Source: Alphaproteobacteria bacterium (lineage in GTDB: Bacteria; Pseudomonadota; Alphaproteobacteria; MPNO01). Taken from it: a stretch of DNA of 64,000 nt. Under the pieces are notes generated by a model. The model was given only the letters and a program-made list of their open reading frames with translations, ran no database searches and was not told the DNA's origin. The position numbers were made by a program, and so were the translations under genes. Below, one piece after another: positions 20,978 through 30,874 of the stretch (positions are counted from its first letter, which is position 1; each line of letters starts with the position of its first letter). The stretch covers positions 1,536,001 through 1,600,000 of the forward strand of contig OZ219866.1 in assembly GCA_964291675.2 (NCBI GenBank), written 5' to 3'.

Positions 20978-22261
20978 TCAGTATTTGGCGGAGATCGGCA
21001 GGTCCTCGGCCGGATAGAGGCTGATCACCCTCGGCCCCTCGTCGGTGACCACCACCTCCTCCTCGATGCGGGCGGCGGAATAGCCGTCCTTCGCCGGGCA
21101 GTAGGTCTCCAGCGCGAACACCATGCCCTCCTTGATCTCCTTCGGGTCCTCCATCGAGATCAGCCGGCTGATGATCGGCCGCTCGTGGATCGAGACGCCG
21201 AGCCCGTGGCCGAACTGGAGACCGAACGCCTCCATCTCGCTGGCGAACCCGAATTCTTCCGCCTCCGGCCAGACCGCGGCGATCTCGTCGGTCGAGACGC
21301 CGGGGCGCACCAGCTCGATCGCCGCGTCCAGCCATTCGCGGCACTGCTTGTAGGCGTCCTCCTGCACCGCGCTCGCGCGCCCCACGTTGAACGTCCGGTA
21401 GTAGCAGGTGCGGTATCCCATATAGCCGTGCAGGATGTCGAAGAAGGCCTGGTCGCCGGGGCGCACCATGCGGTCGGTGAAGTTGTGCGGGTGCGGGCTG
21501 CAGCGCTCGCCCGAGATCGCGTTGATGGCTTCGACGTCGTCCGAGCCCATCTCGTAGAGTAGCTTGTTGGCGCGGGCCACGATGTCGTTCTCGCGCACCC
21601 CCGGCTTCAGCTCCTCGCCGATCATGTGATAGACCGCATCGACCATGCCGGCGGCCTGGTTGAGCAGCACGATCTCGTCGATGTTCTTGACCTCGCGCGC
21701 GTCCAACATCACCTGCTGGCCGTCGCGCACCTCGATATTGCGCTTTTGCAGCTCGAACAGCATCGGCGGCTCGCAGATGTCGACGCCGATCGGCATGTCG
21801 CCGACGCCGGCCTCGTCGAGCATCGACTTGATCTGCTCGGCCGCCCTGGTCATCAGCCCGGCATCGGGCGGCACGGTGCCGCGCAGCCCCAGCATGCCGG
21901 CGTGGACGTGCTCGCCCTTGAGCCAGGGCGCGTGGAGCCGGTGGTGCGAGGCGGCCGAGCCGAAATCCCAGACATGCGGCTCCTCGCCCCGCATCAGGAG
22001 GGCGTAGCGCGACATCTTGTCGCGCGACCACTCGCCGATGGCGGTGCCGGTGAGGTAGCGGATGTTGTTGTTGTCGAAGCAGAGCAGCGCGCCGAGCCCG
22101 GAGCTCTCCAGCGCCTGCTTGGCGCGCGCCAGGCGGTAGTCGCGCAGCCGGTCGAAATTGACCCGCTCCTCGGTGTCGACGCCGCCATGGCCGGGCGCCG
22201 GGATCGCCCCGCCCCAGCTGTAATGCGGCTCCAGATGGGCCGGATCGATGTCGGCTGCCAT
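20978..22261 (-). CDS. M24 (pita-bread/creatinase) family hydrolase
   Basis: NIRYLTG, REVKNIDEI, GHGLG..HERP, LET, RIEE. Confidence 0.85.
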   Translation of the reverse strand: MAADIDPAHLEPHYSWGGAIPAPGHGGVDTEERVNFDRLRDYRLARAKQALESSGLGALLCFDNNNIRYLTGTAIGEWSRDKMSRYALLMRGEEPHVWDFGSAASHHRLHAPWLKGEHVHAGMLGLRGTVPPDAGLMTRAAEQIKSMLDEAGVGDMPIGVDICEPPMLFELQKRNIEVRDGQQVMLDAREVKNIDEIVLLNQAAGMVDAVYHMIGEELKPGVRENDIVARANKLLYEMGSDDVEAINAISGERCSPHPHNFTDRMVRPGDQAFFDILHGYMGYRTCYYRTFNVGRASAVQEDAYKQCREWLDAAIELVRPGVSTDEIAAVWPEAEEFGFASEMEAFGLQFGHGLGVSIHERPIISRLISMEDPKEIKEGMVFALETYCPAKDGYSAARIEEEVVVTDEGPRVISLYPAEDLPISAKY

Positions 22262-22348
22262 GGCTCTCCTCCAATCTCCCGGACGCGTTTCAGCGCCGAT
22301 ATCGGTTCAAGATTTCACATCGCCGCCGCCGCTTCAATCCGCCCGCCG

Positions 22349-23230
22349 CTATTCCAGCCCGCCGGCCCGCGCCTGCTCGCGCGCGACCACCGCCCAGTCG
22401 CGCTCGCCGTCGCCATGCGCGATGGCGCCGAGCAGCCGGTCGCGCCAGACATTGGCGGACGGCAGCGGCACGCGCGCGGCCTCCGCCGCGGCGAGCGCGA
22501 GATTGGCGTCCTTGAGGCCGAGCGCGGCGGTCATGCCCACCCGGTCCCAGTCCTGCTTGGCGATGATGTCGCCATAGACCTTGTAGGCGGTGCAGGCGAA
22601 CACCCCGTCGGTCAGCACGTCGTACAGGGTCTCCGGCCGGACGCCGTAGCGCCGCACCAGGGAGAACGCCTCGCCCATCGTCTCGATCGCGCAGCCGAGC
22701 ACGAAGTTGTTGGCGAGCTTGACCGAGGCGGCCGCCTCGGGCGCCGCGCCGGCCTCGAAGCAGCGCCGCCCCATGGCCGCGAACAGCGGCGCGCAGGCGG
22801 CCAGCGAGTCCGGCGGGCCGGCGGCGACGATCCCGAGCTCGCCCGCCGCCGCCGCGTCGGGACGGCCGAGCACCGGGGCGGCGACATAGACCTGGCCCGC
22901 CTCTTCGTGGATCGCGGCGGCGCGCCGGCTCATGGCGACGCCGTGGGTGCCCATGCCGGCATGGATCGCGCCCCGGGGCAGGTGGGCGGCGATCCCGTCC
23001 GCCCCCTCGACGACCCGGGCGAGGTCGTCGTCGCCGCCCAGCATGGTGATCGCCACCTCGCGGTCGGAGACCGCGTCCGCGATGCTGCGCACGACCTTCG
23101 CGCCCGCGGGGGCGAGCGCTGCCGCCTTGGCGTGGGTCCGGTTGTAGCCCTTGAGGTCGTGCCCGGCCTCAAGGAGGCGCCTTGCCATGTTCTGCCCCAT
23201 GCGGCCGAGGCCGATGAATCCGACTTTCAT
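22349..23230 (-). CDS. 3-hydroxyisobutyrate-dehydrogenase-family NAD(P) oxidoreductase
   Basis: GFIGLGRMG, APVLG, KLANN. Confidence 0.88.
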   Translation of the reverse strand: MKVGFIGLGRMGQNMARRLLEAGHDLKGYNRTHAKAAALAPAGAKVVRSIADAVSDREVAITMLGGDDDLARVVEGADGIAAHLPRGAIHAGMGTHGVAMSRRAAAIHEEAGQVYVAAPVLGRPDAAAAGELGIVAAGPPDSLAACAPLFAAMGRRCFEAGAAPEAAASVKLANNFVLGCAIETMGEAFSLVRRYGVRPETLYDVLTDGVFACTAYKVYGDIIAKQDWDRVGMTAALGLKDANLALAAAEAARVPLPSANVWRDRLLGAIAHGDGERDWAVVAREQARAGGLE

Positions 23231-24435
23231 GCTTCCTCCTTCCAGGCGGCCCGCCGGCCGCGCAGCACCGCCACCCCCGACACCAGGGCGCAGGCGGCGA
23301 AGACGATGAACCCGTGGCCGAACGAGCCGGTGAGCGCGGCGATCCCGCCGAAGATCGGCGGCGCGGTGACGACGCCGAAAAACGTGATGAACAGCGCCCC
23401 GCCGGTGGCCCGGCTCGCCTGGTCGCCCGGGGCGATGCGCGCGACCTCCGACAGGAACACCCCGTTCCAGCCCACCCCGGTCGCACCCAGCACGATCGAG
23501 ACCGCGACGATCGCCCAGTACGGCCAGCCGGCGTCGAACCACGCCGCCGCGAAGCCGGCGATCCCCATGGCGATGCCGAGCGCGCCCAGCACCGGCTGCG
23601 GCCTTCCGATCCAGTCGGCGAGCCCGCCCCAGGCGATGCGCCCGACGATCCCGGCGAGCTGGGCGATGGCCAGCGTGAGCCCCGCCGCGACGAACCCCAT
23701 GCCCACGCCCTGGACCAGGTAGGTGACGAGAAAGACGCTGAAGCATTGCTGGACGGCGGCGAAGAAGAACGAGGCGAAGCAGAGCCGCCTGAGCACCGGG
23801 TTTGCCAGCACGAGGCGCAGCGGGCCCATGACGTTGCCGCCGAGCCCCTGGCGGTCCGGCCTGAGCTCGATGTCGAAATGCCGCCGCGTCGGGTGGATGG
23901 CAAGCATGCAGAGCGCGCACATCGCCGCGACCGCCCAGGACGCGCCGCGCCAGCCGAGCTCGACGGCGAATAGCGGCACCAGGGCGCCGGCCAGCATCCC
24001 GCCGAGCGGCACGCCGGTCTGCTTGATCGAGAACACCAGCGAGGAGAGCCGCGGCGGGGTGTGGCGGGCGAGGATGTGGGAGCTCGCGGGCGTCGCCGGG
24101 CCGAGCCCGATCCCGAGCATGAACCCGGCGAGCGCGAGCACCGGCCACCAGGCGGTGACGGTCAGCGCGAGCGCGGCGATGGAGATCGCGAGCCCCGCCT
24201 GGCTCATGCGGATCGGGCCGAAGCGCGGCACCGCCCCGCCGCTCAGCAGCGAGGCGGTCATCGCGCCCGAATAGACCAGCGATGCGAAGATGCCGATATT
24301 CGCCGCATCCAGCCCGATATCGCCTTCCGCCTCGGGCGCGAAGACGGGCACCGTCAGCGTCGCCATGGTGACCATCGCCTGCACCGCGAGCGTCGCGGCG
24401 AGCGCGCGCACGACCTGAGCGGCGGGCTGGCTCAT
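23227..24435 (-). CDS. MFS transporter
   Basis: About 12 hydrophobic segments; IKQTGVPLGG; GGLADWIGR. Confidence 0.88.
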   Translation of the reverse strand: MSQPAAQVVRALAATLAVQAMVTMATLTVPVFAPEAEGDIGLDAANIGIFASLVYSGAMTASLLSGGAVPRFGPIRMSQAGLAISIAALALTVTAWWPVLALAGFMLGIGLGPATPASSHILARHTPPRLSSLVFSIKQTGVPLGGMLAGALVPLFAVELGWRGASWAVAAMCALCMLAIHPTRRHFDIELRPDRQGLGGNVMGPLRLVLANPVLRRLCFASFFFAAVQQCFSVFLVTYLVQGVGMGFVAAGLTLAIAQLAGIVGRIAWGGLADWIGRPQPVLGALGIAMGIAGFAAAWFDAGWPYWAIVAVSIVLGATGVGWNGVFLSEVARIAPGDQASRATGGALFITFFGVVTAPPIFGGIAALTGSFGHGFIVFAACALVSGVAVLRGRRAAWKEEA

Positions 24436-24515
24436 GGCGCGAGCTTATCCCGGATGCCCCGCCAATTCATGCCGCGGCGTCGGGAGAAAGCCCGTGCCGC
24501 CGGCGAGCGCGATGC

Positions 24516-24603
24516 TGTCACCCCGGCCTTGTTCCCGGGTCCAGGGACATTGGGGGAAGGCGGTGCGTGCCACCCTGGACCCCGGAACGAGTCGGGAGCG
24601 ACA
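24516..24603. repeat. Degenerate REP-like inverted pair
   Basis: TGTCACCCCGGCCTTGTTCCCGGGTCCAGGG ... CCCTGGACCCCGGAACGAGTCGGGAGCGACA; resembles the units at 55-389. Confidence 0.55.
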
Positions 24604-24656
24604 AGCGGGACGGGGACGGTCCCGCTCATGGGCGCGGAGCCCGCTCCGGGGGCGCC

Positions 24657-25568
24657 TCACCGCGCGTCGCCGAGGGCGACGGCGGCGAGGCCGGCGACGA
24701 TCAGGGCGAGGCCGGCGAGGTTGGTGACGGTGAGCGCCTCGCCGAGGATCGCGGCCGAGCCGAGCATCCCCGCCACCGGCGTCGCGAGAAACAGGAGCGA
24801 GGCGGTGATCGCCGGCAGCGAGCGGGCGATGGCGACGGCGCCGAGGATGGTGAGCGCGGTCGCCAGCGGGCCGGAATAGAGCAGCAGCCAGAACAGGGTC
24901 TCGGACCAGCGCACGGTCTCGCCCGCCTCGACGACGAGGGCGAGCGGCGCCGCCACCAGCGTGGCCGCGAGCAGCTGCCAGGGGGCGAGCTGGAACGGGC
25001 TGAGCCGCCAGACATGGCGCCGCATATGCAGGATGGGGATCGCCCACACCACCGACGCAGCGACCAGCAGCAGATTGCCGTAGACCACATCGCCGTCCGA
25101 CCAGTCGAAGCCGACCGGGTTGAACATCGTGCCGAGCCCGCCGAGGCCGAGCGCGAGCCCCGCCGCCTTGAGCCGGGTCAGGCGCTCGCCGAACAGCAGG
25201 ATCGCCGCCGGCGTCACCCAGAGCGGGGTGACGAAGGAGAGCAGGGACGCCCTTCCGGCCTCGGCGAATTCGAGCCCCATCACCGTCATCGCCGGGTAGA
25301 TGCCCATCATCAGCACCCCGATGGAGACCACCGCCGGCATGTCGTGCCGCCCCGGCAGGCGCAGCCGGCCCAGCACGGCGAGCGCCGCGAACAGGCAGAG
25401 CGCGGTCGAGCCCATGCGGACGCAGCTCAGCCAGACCGGCGGGATCGAGCCCAGCGCGATCTTCAGCACCGGCCAGTTGACCCCCCAGACCGGCAGGCAG
25501 AACGCCAGCAGCGCATAGGCGGCCGCGGTGCCGAGCGGCGGGTGCGGGTGGGGTGCCGGCGCGCTCAA
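24657..25568 (-). CDS. DMT/EamA family transporter
   Basis: WGVNWP, two EamA-like halves, LFGERL and ILGEAL. Confidence 0.88.
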   Translation of the reverse strand: MSAPAPHPHPPLGTAAAYALLAFCLPVWGVNWPVLKIALGSIPPVWLSCVRMGSTALCLFAALAVLGRLRLPGRHDMPAVVSIGVLMMGIYPAMTVMGLEFAEAGRASLLSFVTPLWVTPAAILLFGERLTRLKAAGLALGLGGLGTMFNPVGFDWSDGDVVYGNLLLVAASVVWAIPILHMRRHVWRLSPFQLAPWQLLAATLVAAPLALVVEAGETVRWSETLFWLLLYSGPLATALTILGAVAIARSLPAITASLLFLATPVAGMLGSAAILGEALTVTNLAGLALIVAGLAAVALGDAR

Positions 25569-25590
25569 GCCGGGTCCGGGCGGCGCGCGG

Positions 25591-26073
25591 TCAATAGGGC
25601 GTGCCGTCGCGCCGCGAAAAACGCCGTGCCGGGGCGGCGACCGTCTTGTCGAGGATCAGATCGTCCTCGGTGTAGTGCACCCGGTCGGCGGTCGCGCGGG
25701 TGCCGATCTCGAGAAACTCCACCTCGGCGTCGGTGCGGTTCTCCAGCCGGTGCCCGTCGCCGCTGCCGGCGGGAAAGCCCGCCACATGGCCGGGGCCGAG
25801 AAGCTGCTCGCCGGAATCGCAGACCAGCGTCGGCTCGCCGGAGACGACGAAGACGAACTCGTCCTCGCCAGTATGCCAGTGGCGCAGCGCCGAGATCGCC
25901 CCGGGCGCGAGCCGGGTGAGGTTGATCCCGATCTGGGTCAGCCCCAGCGCATCGCCCAGGACCTTGCGGAACTTGCCGGCGAGCGCCGTGTCCCAGGGCG
26001 GCGGGTAGGGCTGGCGTTCCTCCCCCGGCACGGTCGCGGGGTCGAGGGCGGGGGCGCGAAGCTCGTCTGCCAT
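25591..26073 (-). CDS. Cupin domain protein
   Basis: SALRHWHTGEDEFVFV, GHRLEN. Confidence 0.88.
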   Translation of the reverse strand: MADELRAPALDPATVPGEERQPYPPPWDTALAGKFRKVLGDALGLTQIGINLTRLAPGAISALRHWHTGEDEFVFVVSGEPTLVCDSGEQLLGPGHVAGFPAGSGDGHRLENRTDAEVEFLEIGTRATADRVHYTEDDLILDKTVAAPARRFSRRDGTPY

Positions 26074-26095
26074 GCGTGTCCTCCAGGGTTGGGAG

Positions 26096-26204
26096 CGTCC
26101 CTCGATACGGCGCTTCGCGCCTACTCGGGATGAGGATGTTCTTTTGGGCCATAGCAGTTTTCCCTCATCCTGAGTAGCCCCCGAAGGGGGCGTATCGAAG
26201 GACG
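26096..26204. repeat. Second REP-like family, inverted pair (CCTCATCCTGAG...CGTATCGAAGGACG)
   Basis: 26096-26135 and 26163-26204 are near reverse complements, each with an internal hairpin. Confidence 0.75.
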
Positions 26205-26219
26205 GGCCGCTCCCCCGGT

Positions 26220-28274
26220 TCAACCGGCCCCCGCCGCCCTGACGATGACGTTGCCGAGACGGTCGACGGTGCCGGCGAGGCCGGGGTCGATGAAGGCGGT
26301 GGCGTCGTCCTGTTCGAGGATCGCCGGGCCCGCCACCGTCATGCCGGCGGGCAGCGCGAGGCGGTCGTAGACCGCGGTCTCGTGCCACGCCCCCTCCCAC
26401 CGGACGCGCCGCGATCCCCTGAGCGCGGCCTCCGGCGTGGCGTCGGGCGGCGGCGCGAGGGCGGCGAGGTCGAACTTGCGGCGCACCCCGATCGCCGCCG
26501 TTCTGAGCGACAGCAGGCGCACGCCGATCCCCTCCAGCAGGCGCCCGTAGGTCTTGCGGTAGGCGGTCTCGAAGGCGGTGCGGATCATCGCGAGCGACAC
26601 GTCGGTCGCGCCGCCCGCGAGGCGCGCGGGCAGCGGAACCGGGACCGTGTGGGTCTGGCCGATATAGGACATGTCGAGCTCGAAGGCGGTCTCCAGGCGC
26701 TCCAGCCCCGCCCCCGAGCGGCGCAGCAGCGCGAGCCCGCGCTCGGCGGTCTCGGCCATCTCGGCATCGAGCGCGGCCACGTCGAGCGCGTCGAGCGGGC
26801 GGTTGATGGTGTGCACGAAGTCGTGGCGCATGTCGGCGATGACGCAGCCGAGCGCGCTGGTCACGCCGGGGAAGCGCGGGATCAGCGCGGCGCCGAGCCC
26901 GACATCGCGGATCAGCGCGCCGACATGGAGCGCGCCGCCGCCGCCGAACGGCATGGCGGCGAACATCTTGGGGTCGTAGCCGCGCTCGATGGAGACCAGC
27001 CTTATCGCCCCGGCCATGCTGGAATTCGCCACCTTGACGATCGCCTCGGCGGCCGCCGCCACATCGAGCCCGAGCGGCGCGGCGACATGCTCGCGGATGG
27101 CCGCCCGGGCGGCGTCCACGTCGAGCCGGCCGAGCCCCTCGCCGATCGGGCGGTCGGGGTCGATGCGCCCGAGCGCGAGGTTGGCGTCGGTCACCGTCGG
27201 GCGGTCGTTACCGCGGCCGTAGCAGGCGGGGCCCGGATCGGCGCCCGCCGATTGCGGGCCGACGGCGAGGAAGCCGCCGCGGTCGACCGCGGCGATCGAG
27301 CCGCCGCCGGCGCCGATGGTGGTGATCTCGATCATCGGCGTGCGCACGACGAGGCCGAAATCGATCGCCGCCTGGGCGCAATAGGCGCTCCTGCCGTCGG
27401 CGATCAGGGCGACGTCGAAGCTGGTGCCGCCCATGTCGCAGGTGATCACGTTGGCGAAGCCCGCCGCCTCGGCGATCCTGGCGCCGGCGATCACCCCCGC
27501 CGCCGGCCCCGACAGGGTCGTGCGCACCGGGAGGGTGCGCGCGGTGTCGACCGACATCACCCCGCCATTGGACTGGACGATCAGCAGCTCGGCATCGATG
27601 CCGCGCTCCGCGAACCCGGCCTCGACGCCCTCCAGATAGGCGCCGAAGACGGGCTGCAGGCAGACATTGAGCGCGGTGGTCGAGGCGCGCTCGAACTCGC
27701 GGATCTCGGGCAGGATCAGCGAGGACGCGTTGACATGGTCGTTGGGCCAGACCGCGCGCACCGCCTCCAGCGCGGCGCGCTCGTTGGCGTCGTTGGCATA
27801 GGCGTTGATGAAGACGATGCCGACCGCCTCGCAGCCGCGCTCCAGCAGGGTCTGCGCGGCGCGCCTCGCCTCGCCGGAATCGACCGGCTTGCGGACCGTG
27901 CCGTCGGCAAGCGTCCGCTCGTCGACCTCGACGGCGAGGTCGCGCGTCACCACCGGCCGGTAGCTGCCCCACAGCCCCCAGGTGTTGGGCCGGTCGCGCC
28001 GGCGCATCTCCAGCACGTCGCGGAAGCCGCGCGTGGCGATCAGCCCGGTGCGCGCGGCCTTGCGTTCCAGCAGCGCGTTGGTGCCGACGGTGGTGCCGTG
28101 GACCACGGAGCCGATCTCCGCCGGATCGTCCACCGACGCCTCGATGCCGCCCAAAAAGCCCTTGGCGATGTCGTCCCGGACCGACGGCACCTTGCCGATG
28201 CCGTACCGCCCGCTGCGCTCGTCGAGCCAGAACACGTCGGTAAAGGTGCCGCCGACATCGACGCCGACCAGCAT
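26220..28274 (-). CDS. Hydantoinase/oxoprolinase subunit A
   Basis: VDVGGTFTD, HGTTVGTNA, SGPAAG, DMGGTSFD, GAGGGS. Confidence 0.93.
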   Translation of the reverse strand: MLVGVDVGGTFTDVFWLDERSGRYGIGKVPSVRDDIAKGFLGGIEASVDDPAEIGSVVHGTTVGTNALLERKAARTGLIATRGFRDVLEMRRRDRPNTWGLWGSYRPVVTRDLAVEVDERTLADGTVRKPVDSGEARRAAQTLLERGCEAVGIVFINAYANDANERAALEAVRAVWPNDHVNASSLILPEIREFERASTTALNVCLQPVFGAYLEGVEAGFAERGIDAELLIVQSNGGVMSVDTARTLPVRTTLSGPAAGVIAGARIAEAAGFANVITCDMGGTSFDVALIADGRSAYCAQAAIDFGLVVRTPMIEITTIGAGGGSIAAVDRGGFLAVGPQSAGADPGPACYGRGNDRPTVTDANLALGRIDPDRPIGEGLGRLDVDAARAAIREHVAAPLGLDVAAAAEAIVKVANSSMAGAIRLVSIERGYDPKMFAAMPFGGGGALHVGALIRDVGLGAALIPRFPGVTSALGCVIADMRHDFVHTINRPLDALDVAALDAEMAETAERGLALLRRSGAGLERLETAFELDMSYIGQTHTVPVPLPARLAGGATDVSLAMIRTAFETAYRKTYGRLLEGIGVRLLSLRTAAIGVRRKFDLAALAPPPDATPEAALRGSRRVRWEGAWHETAVYDRLALPAGMTVAGPAILEQDDATAFIDPGLAGTVDRLGNVIVRAAGAG

Positions 28275-28288
28275 GCCGGAGCCGCCGG

Positions 28289-28573
28289 TCACGCCGCGAA
28301 ACGCTCGACCGCGATCTCGTCGGCGCGATGCCGGACCTGCCACAGGTCGTGGGCCATCTGCATGCCGAGCCAGGTCTCCGGCGTCGAGCCGAAGGCTTTG
28401 GACAGGCGTATCGCCATCTCGACCGAGATGCCCGTGCGACCGTTCACCAGCTCCGACAGCGCCTGCCGGGTGACGCCCAGCCCCCGTGCCGCCCGCGTCA
28501 CGGTGAGGCCGAGGGGTTCGAGGCACTGCCGTTTCACGATGCCGCCCGGATGCGGCGGGTTGTGCATGCCCAT
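28289..28573 (-). CDS. higA: HigA-family antitoxin
   Basis: HNPPHPG, MAIRLSKAFG, WLGMQ. Confidence 0.9.
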   Translation of the reverse strand: MGMHNPPHPGGIVKRQCLEPLGLTVTRAARGLGVTRQALSELVNGRTGISVEMAIRLSKAFGSTPETWLGMQMAHDLWQVRHRADEIAVERFAA

Positions 28574-28585
28574 GTTCCCGTCTCC

Positions 28586-28864
28586 TCAGTGATAGTCCAC
28601 GTAGTCTACGTCGACCGCCTCGCCATCCTCGAACCGGAAGGTGATGCGCCAGTTGGCGGATACCGAAACCGCCCAATGCCCTTTCAGCGATCCCTTCAAC
28701 TCGTGCAGGCGGAAGCCCGGCAGATCCATTCCCTCCGGCCCGCGGCTGAGATCGAGCGCCGCCAGGATGTCCCGAAGCCTCTCCACATGCGCTGGCGCCA
28801 CGCGCCGCGCTGTCCTGCCTTCGTAGAGCGCCTTCAGGCCGCGATGCCGGAACGAAGCAATCAC
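28586..28864 (-). CDS. higB: HigB (plasmid maintenance killer) toxin
   Basis: SFRHRGLK, LHELKG, SVSANWRITFRF, DYH. Confidence 0.9.
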   Translation of the reverse strand: MIASFRHRGLKALYEGRTARRVAPAHVERLRDILAALDLSRGPEGMDLPGFRLHELKGSLKGHWAVSVSANWRITFRFEDGEAVDVDYVDYH

Positions 28865-29058
28865 TATCAAACTCTATCTCGTCGCCTGTCAGATGACAAG
28901 TGACAACACGTTTGTCCACGCGCCCAAATTCGCATCGGGCGGGACCGGTTGACAGCAACGTCAAGGACGGCGCCATTCTCGCCGGCTTCATCCTGGGGTG
29001 GAAATATCATGGCAGACAAGAATGCCGCCGGCCCGCTCGGCCGCTTCGTCCGTGCCTT

Positions 29059-30783
29059 CTACGACGCCCGCCGCTCGGACGGCCGCGCCACAATGCCATC
29101 GGCAGATATAGTCACACCGTAGTCTCGTTCTGCGGCCGCGCGGCTCACCAGGCCGAGGGCGAGGTCGCGCGCGATGGCCTCGACCGGGCGGTCTTCCGCC
29201 GGGCCGTAGCCGCCGCCGCCCGGGCTCTCGACGCGCACGCGCTGGCCCCTGCGCAGCGTGACGCCCGACAGCTTGCCGGTGTTCACCGGCGAGCGCTCGC
29301 CGTCCGCCTGCTCGTAGACGATCCGGTTGGGCGCGCCGGCGCCGCCGCCGAGGATGCCGAAGGCGGGGAAGCGGGCGCGCTCGCCGAACACCACGAGATC
29401 GGCCGCATCGGCCAGCAGCTCGAACTCGTAGACCGCGCCCAGCCCGCCGCGGTGGCGGCCCGGCCCGCCTGAGTCGGGCCGCAGCCCCCAGCGGGTCACG
29501 CAGGCGGGGTAGGCGGCCTCCAGGATCTCCGCCGGCGGGATGTTGGCCATGCCGATCGGCGCATTGCCGTGGCTCAGCCCGTCGCCCTCGGGGTTGCCGC
29601 CGAGCCCGCCGCCGAAGAAGGTGAACAGGATGAAGCGTGCGCCGTCGTCGCGCCTCCCCGACATCAGCAGCGCGTTCACGGTGGCGAAGCAGGCCGCGTT
29701 GACCCGCTCGGGGGCGGCCAGGGAGAGCGCGCCGAAGATCACGTCGATGGTGCGCATGATGTTCTCGGTATAGCCCGAGACCGGGGACGGCGGCTCGGCG
29801 GCGAGGATCGAGCCCTCGGGGATGACGAACGCGATGGGCTCGAGACAGCCGCCGCTCGCCGGCACCTCGTGGAAGACGTGCTTCAGCGCGACGAAGGAGG
29901 CGGCGATCGTGGTCGCCCGCGAGACGTTGAGCGGCCCGGCGCAGGCAGGCGCCGAGCGCGAGAAGTCGAGCGTCAACGTCTCGCCCGCGACGGTGAGGTC
30001 GAGCGCCACCCTGAGCGGCGCGTCGGAACGCCCGTCATTGTCGATATGGTCCTCGAAGGAATAGGTGCCGTCGGGCAGCTCCGAAATCAGCGCCCGCATC
30101 TGCCGGCTGGCGCGACGCGACATCTCAGCCATCGCCGCCGCGACCGTGCCGTCGCCGAAATCGTCGAGCAGGTCGTTGAGCCTGGCGGTGCCGAGGTCGA
30201 GCGCGCCGAGCTGGGCGTTGAGGTCGCCGTAATTGCTTGCCGGCAGGCGGCCATTGGCCAGCAGGATGTCGACGATGTCCCGGTTGACCACGCCGCGCTC
30301 GGCGAACTTGACCGGCGGGATTCGTACCCCCTCCTGCATGATGTCGACCGCCGTCGGGTTGTAGTTCCCGGCGACGTTGCCGCCCACGTCGAGCCAGTGG
30401 CCGACCGAGGCGAGGTAGCAGAACAGCCTGCCCGCGCGGAAGATCGGCTTGACGATCTTGATGTCGTTGAGATGGGTCGCCCCGACATAGGGGTCGTTGA
30501 GCAGATAGAGGTCGCCGTCCGCGGGCCCGCCATCGGCCTCGGCGCGGGCGATCGCCGCCTTGGTGGCATGGCTCATCGCGCCGATGAAGACCGGCAGGCC
30601 CTGCTTGCCCATCGCCACCGTCTCGCCGTTCGCGTCGTAGACGCCGTGGCTGCCGTCCCTGGCTTCGGCGATCACCGGGCTGAAGGCGGCGCGGAACAGG
30701 GTCGCATCCATCTCGTCGACCAGCTGCTCCAGCCGGCCGCGGATCACGGCGAGGGTGACGGGGTCGAGCTCGGCGGCGGACAT
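29059..30783 (-). CDS. Hydantoinase B/oxoprolinase subunit
   Basis: SPVIAEARD, NDPY..THLND, HWLDVGG, DSGGPG, PGGGGYG. Confidence 0.93.
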   Translation of the reverse strand: MSAAELDPVTLAVIRGRLEQLVDEMDATLFRAAFSPVIAEARDGSHGVYDANGETVAMGKQGLPVFIGAMSHATKAAIARAEADGGPADGDLYLLNDPYVGATHLNDIKIVKPIFRAGRLFCYLASVGHWLDVGGNVAGNYNPTAVDIMQEGVRIPPVKFAERGVVNRDIVDILLANGRLPASNYGDLNAQLGALDLGTARLNDLLDDFGDGTVAAAMAEMSRRASRQMRALISELPDGTYSFEDHIDNDGRSDAPLRVALDLTVAGETLTLDFSRSAPACAGPLNVSRATTIAASFVALKHVFHEVPASGGCLEPIAFVIPEGSILAAEPPSPVSGYTENIMRTIDVIFGALSLAAPERVNAACFATVNALLMSGRRDDGARFILFTFFGGGLGGNPEGDGLSHGNAPIGMANIPPAEILEAAYPACVTRWGLRPDSGGPGRHRGGLGAVYEFELLADAADLVVFGERARFPAFGILGGGAGAPNRIVYEQADGERSPVNTGKLSGVTLRRGQRVRVESPGGGGYGPAEDRPVEAIARDLALGLVSRAAAERDYGVTISADGIVARPSERRAS

Positions 30784-30874
30784 GCGATGGCGGGACGCGG
30801 GCGTTGCAACCGGGATCGATGATGGCATAGTGCCGCCGGGGTGTCATGCCCGCCCGGGGCCAGGAGGAAGCGCC

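Noticed and set aside
26220-28991. 923-aa ORF running through higBA into hydantoinase A
   Set aside because: The extension is an off-frame read of higBA in GC-rich DNA; the family N-terminus (MLVGVDVGG) begins at 28274.
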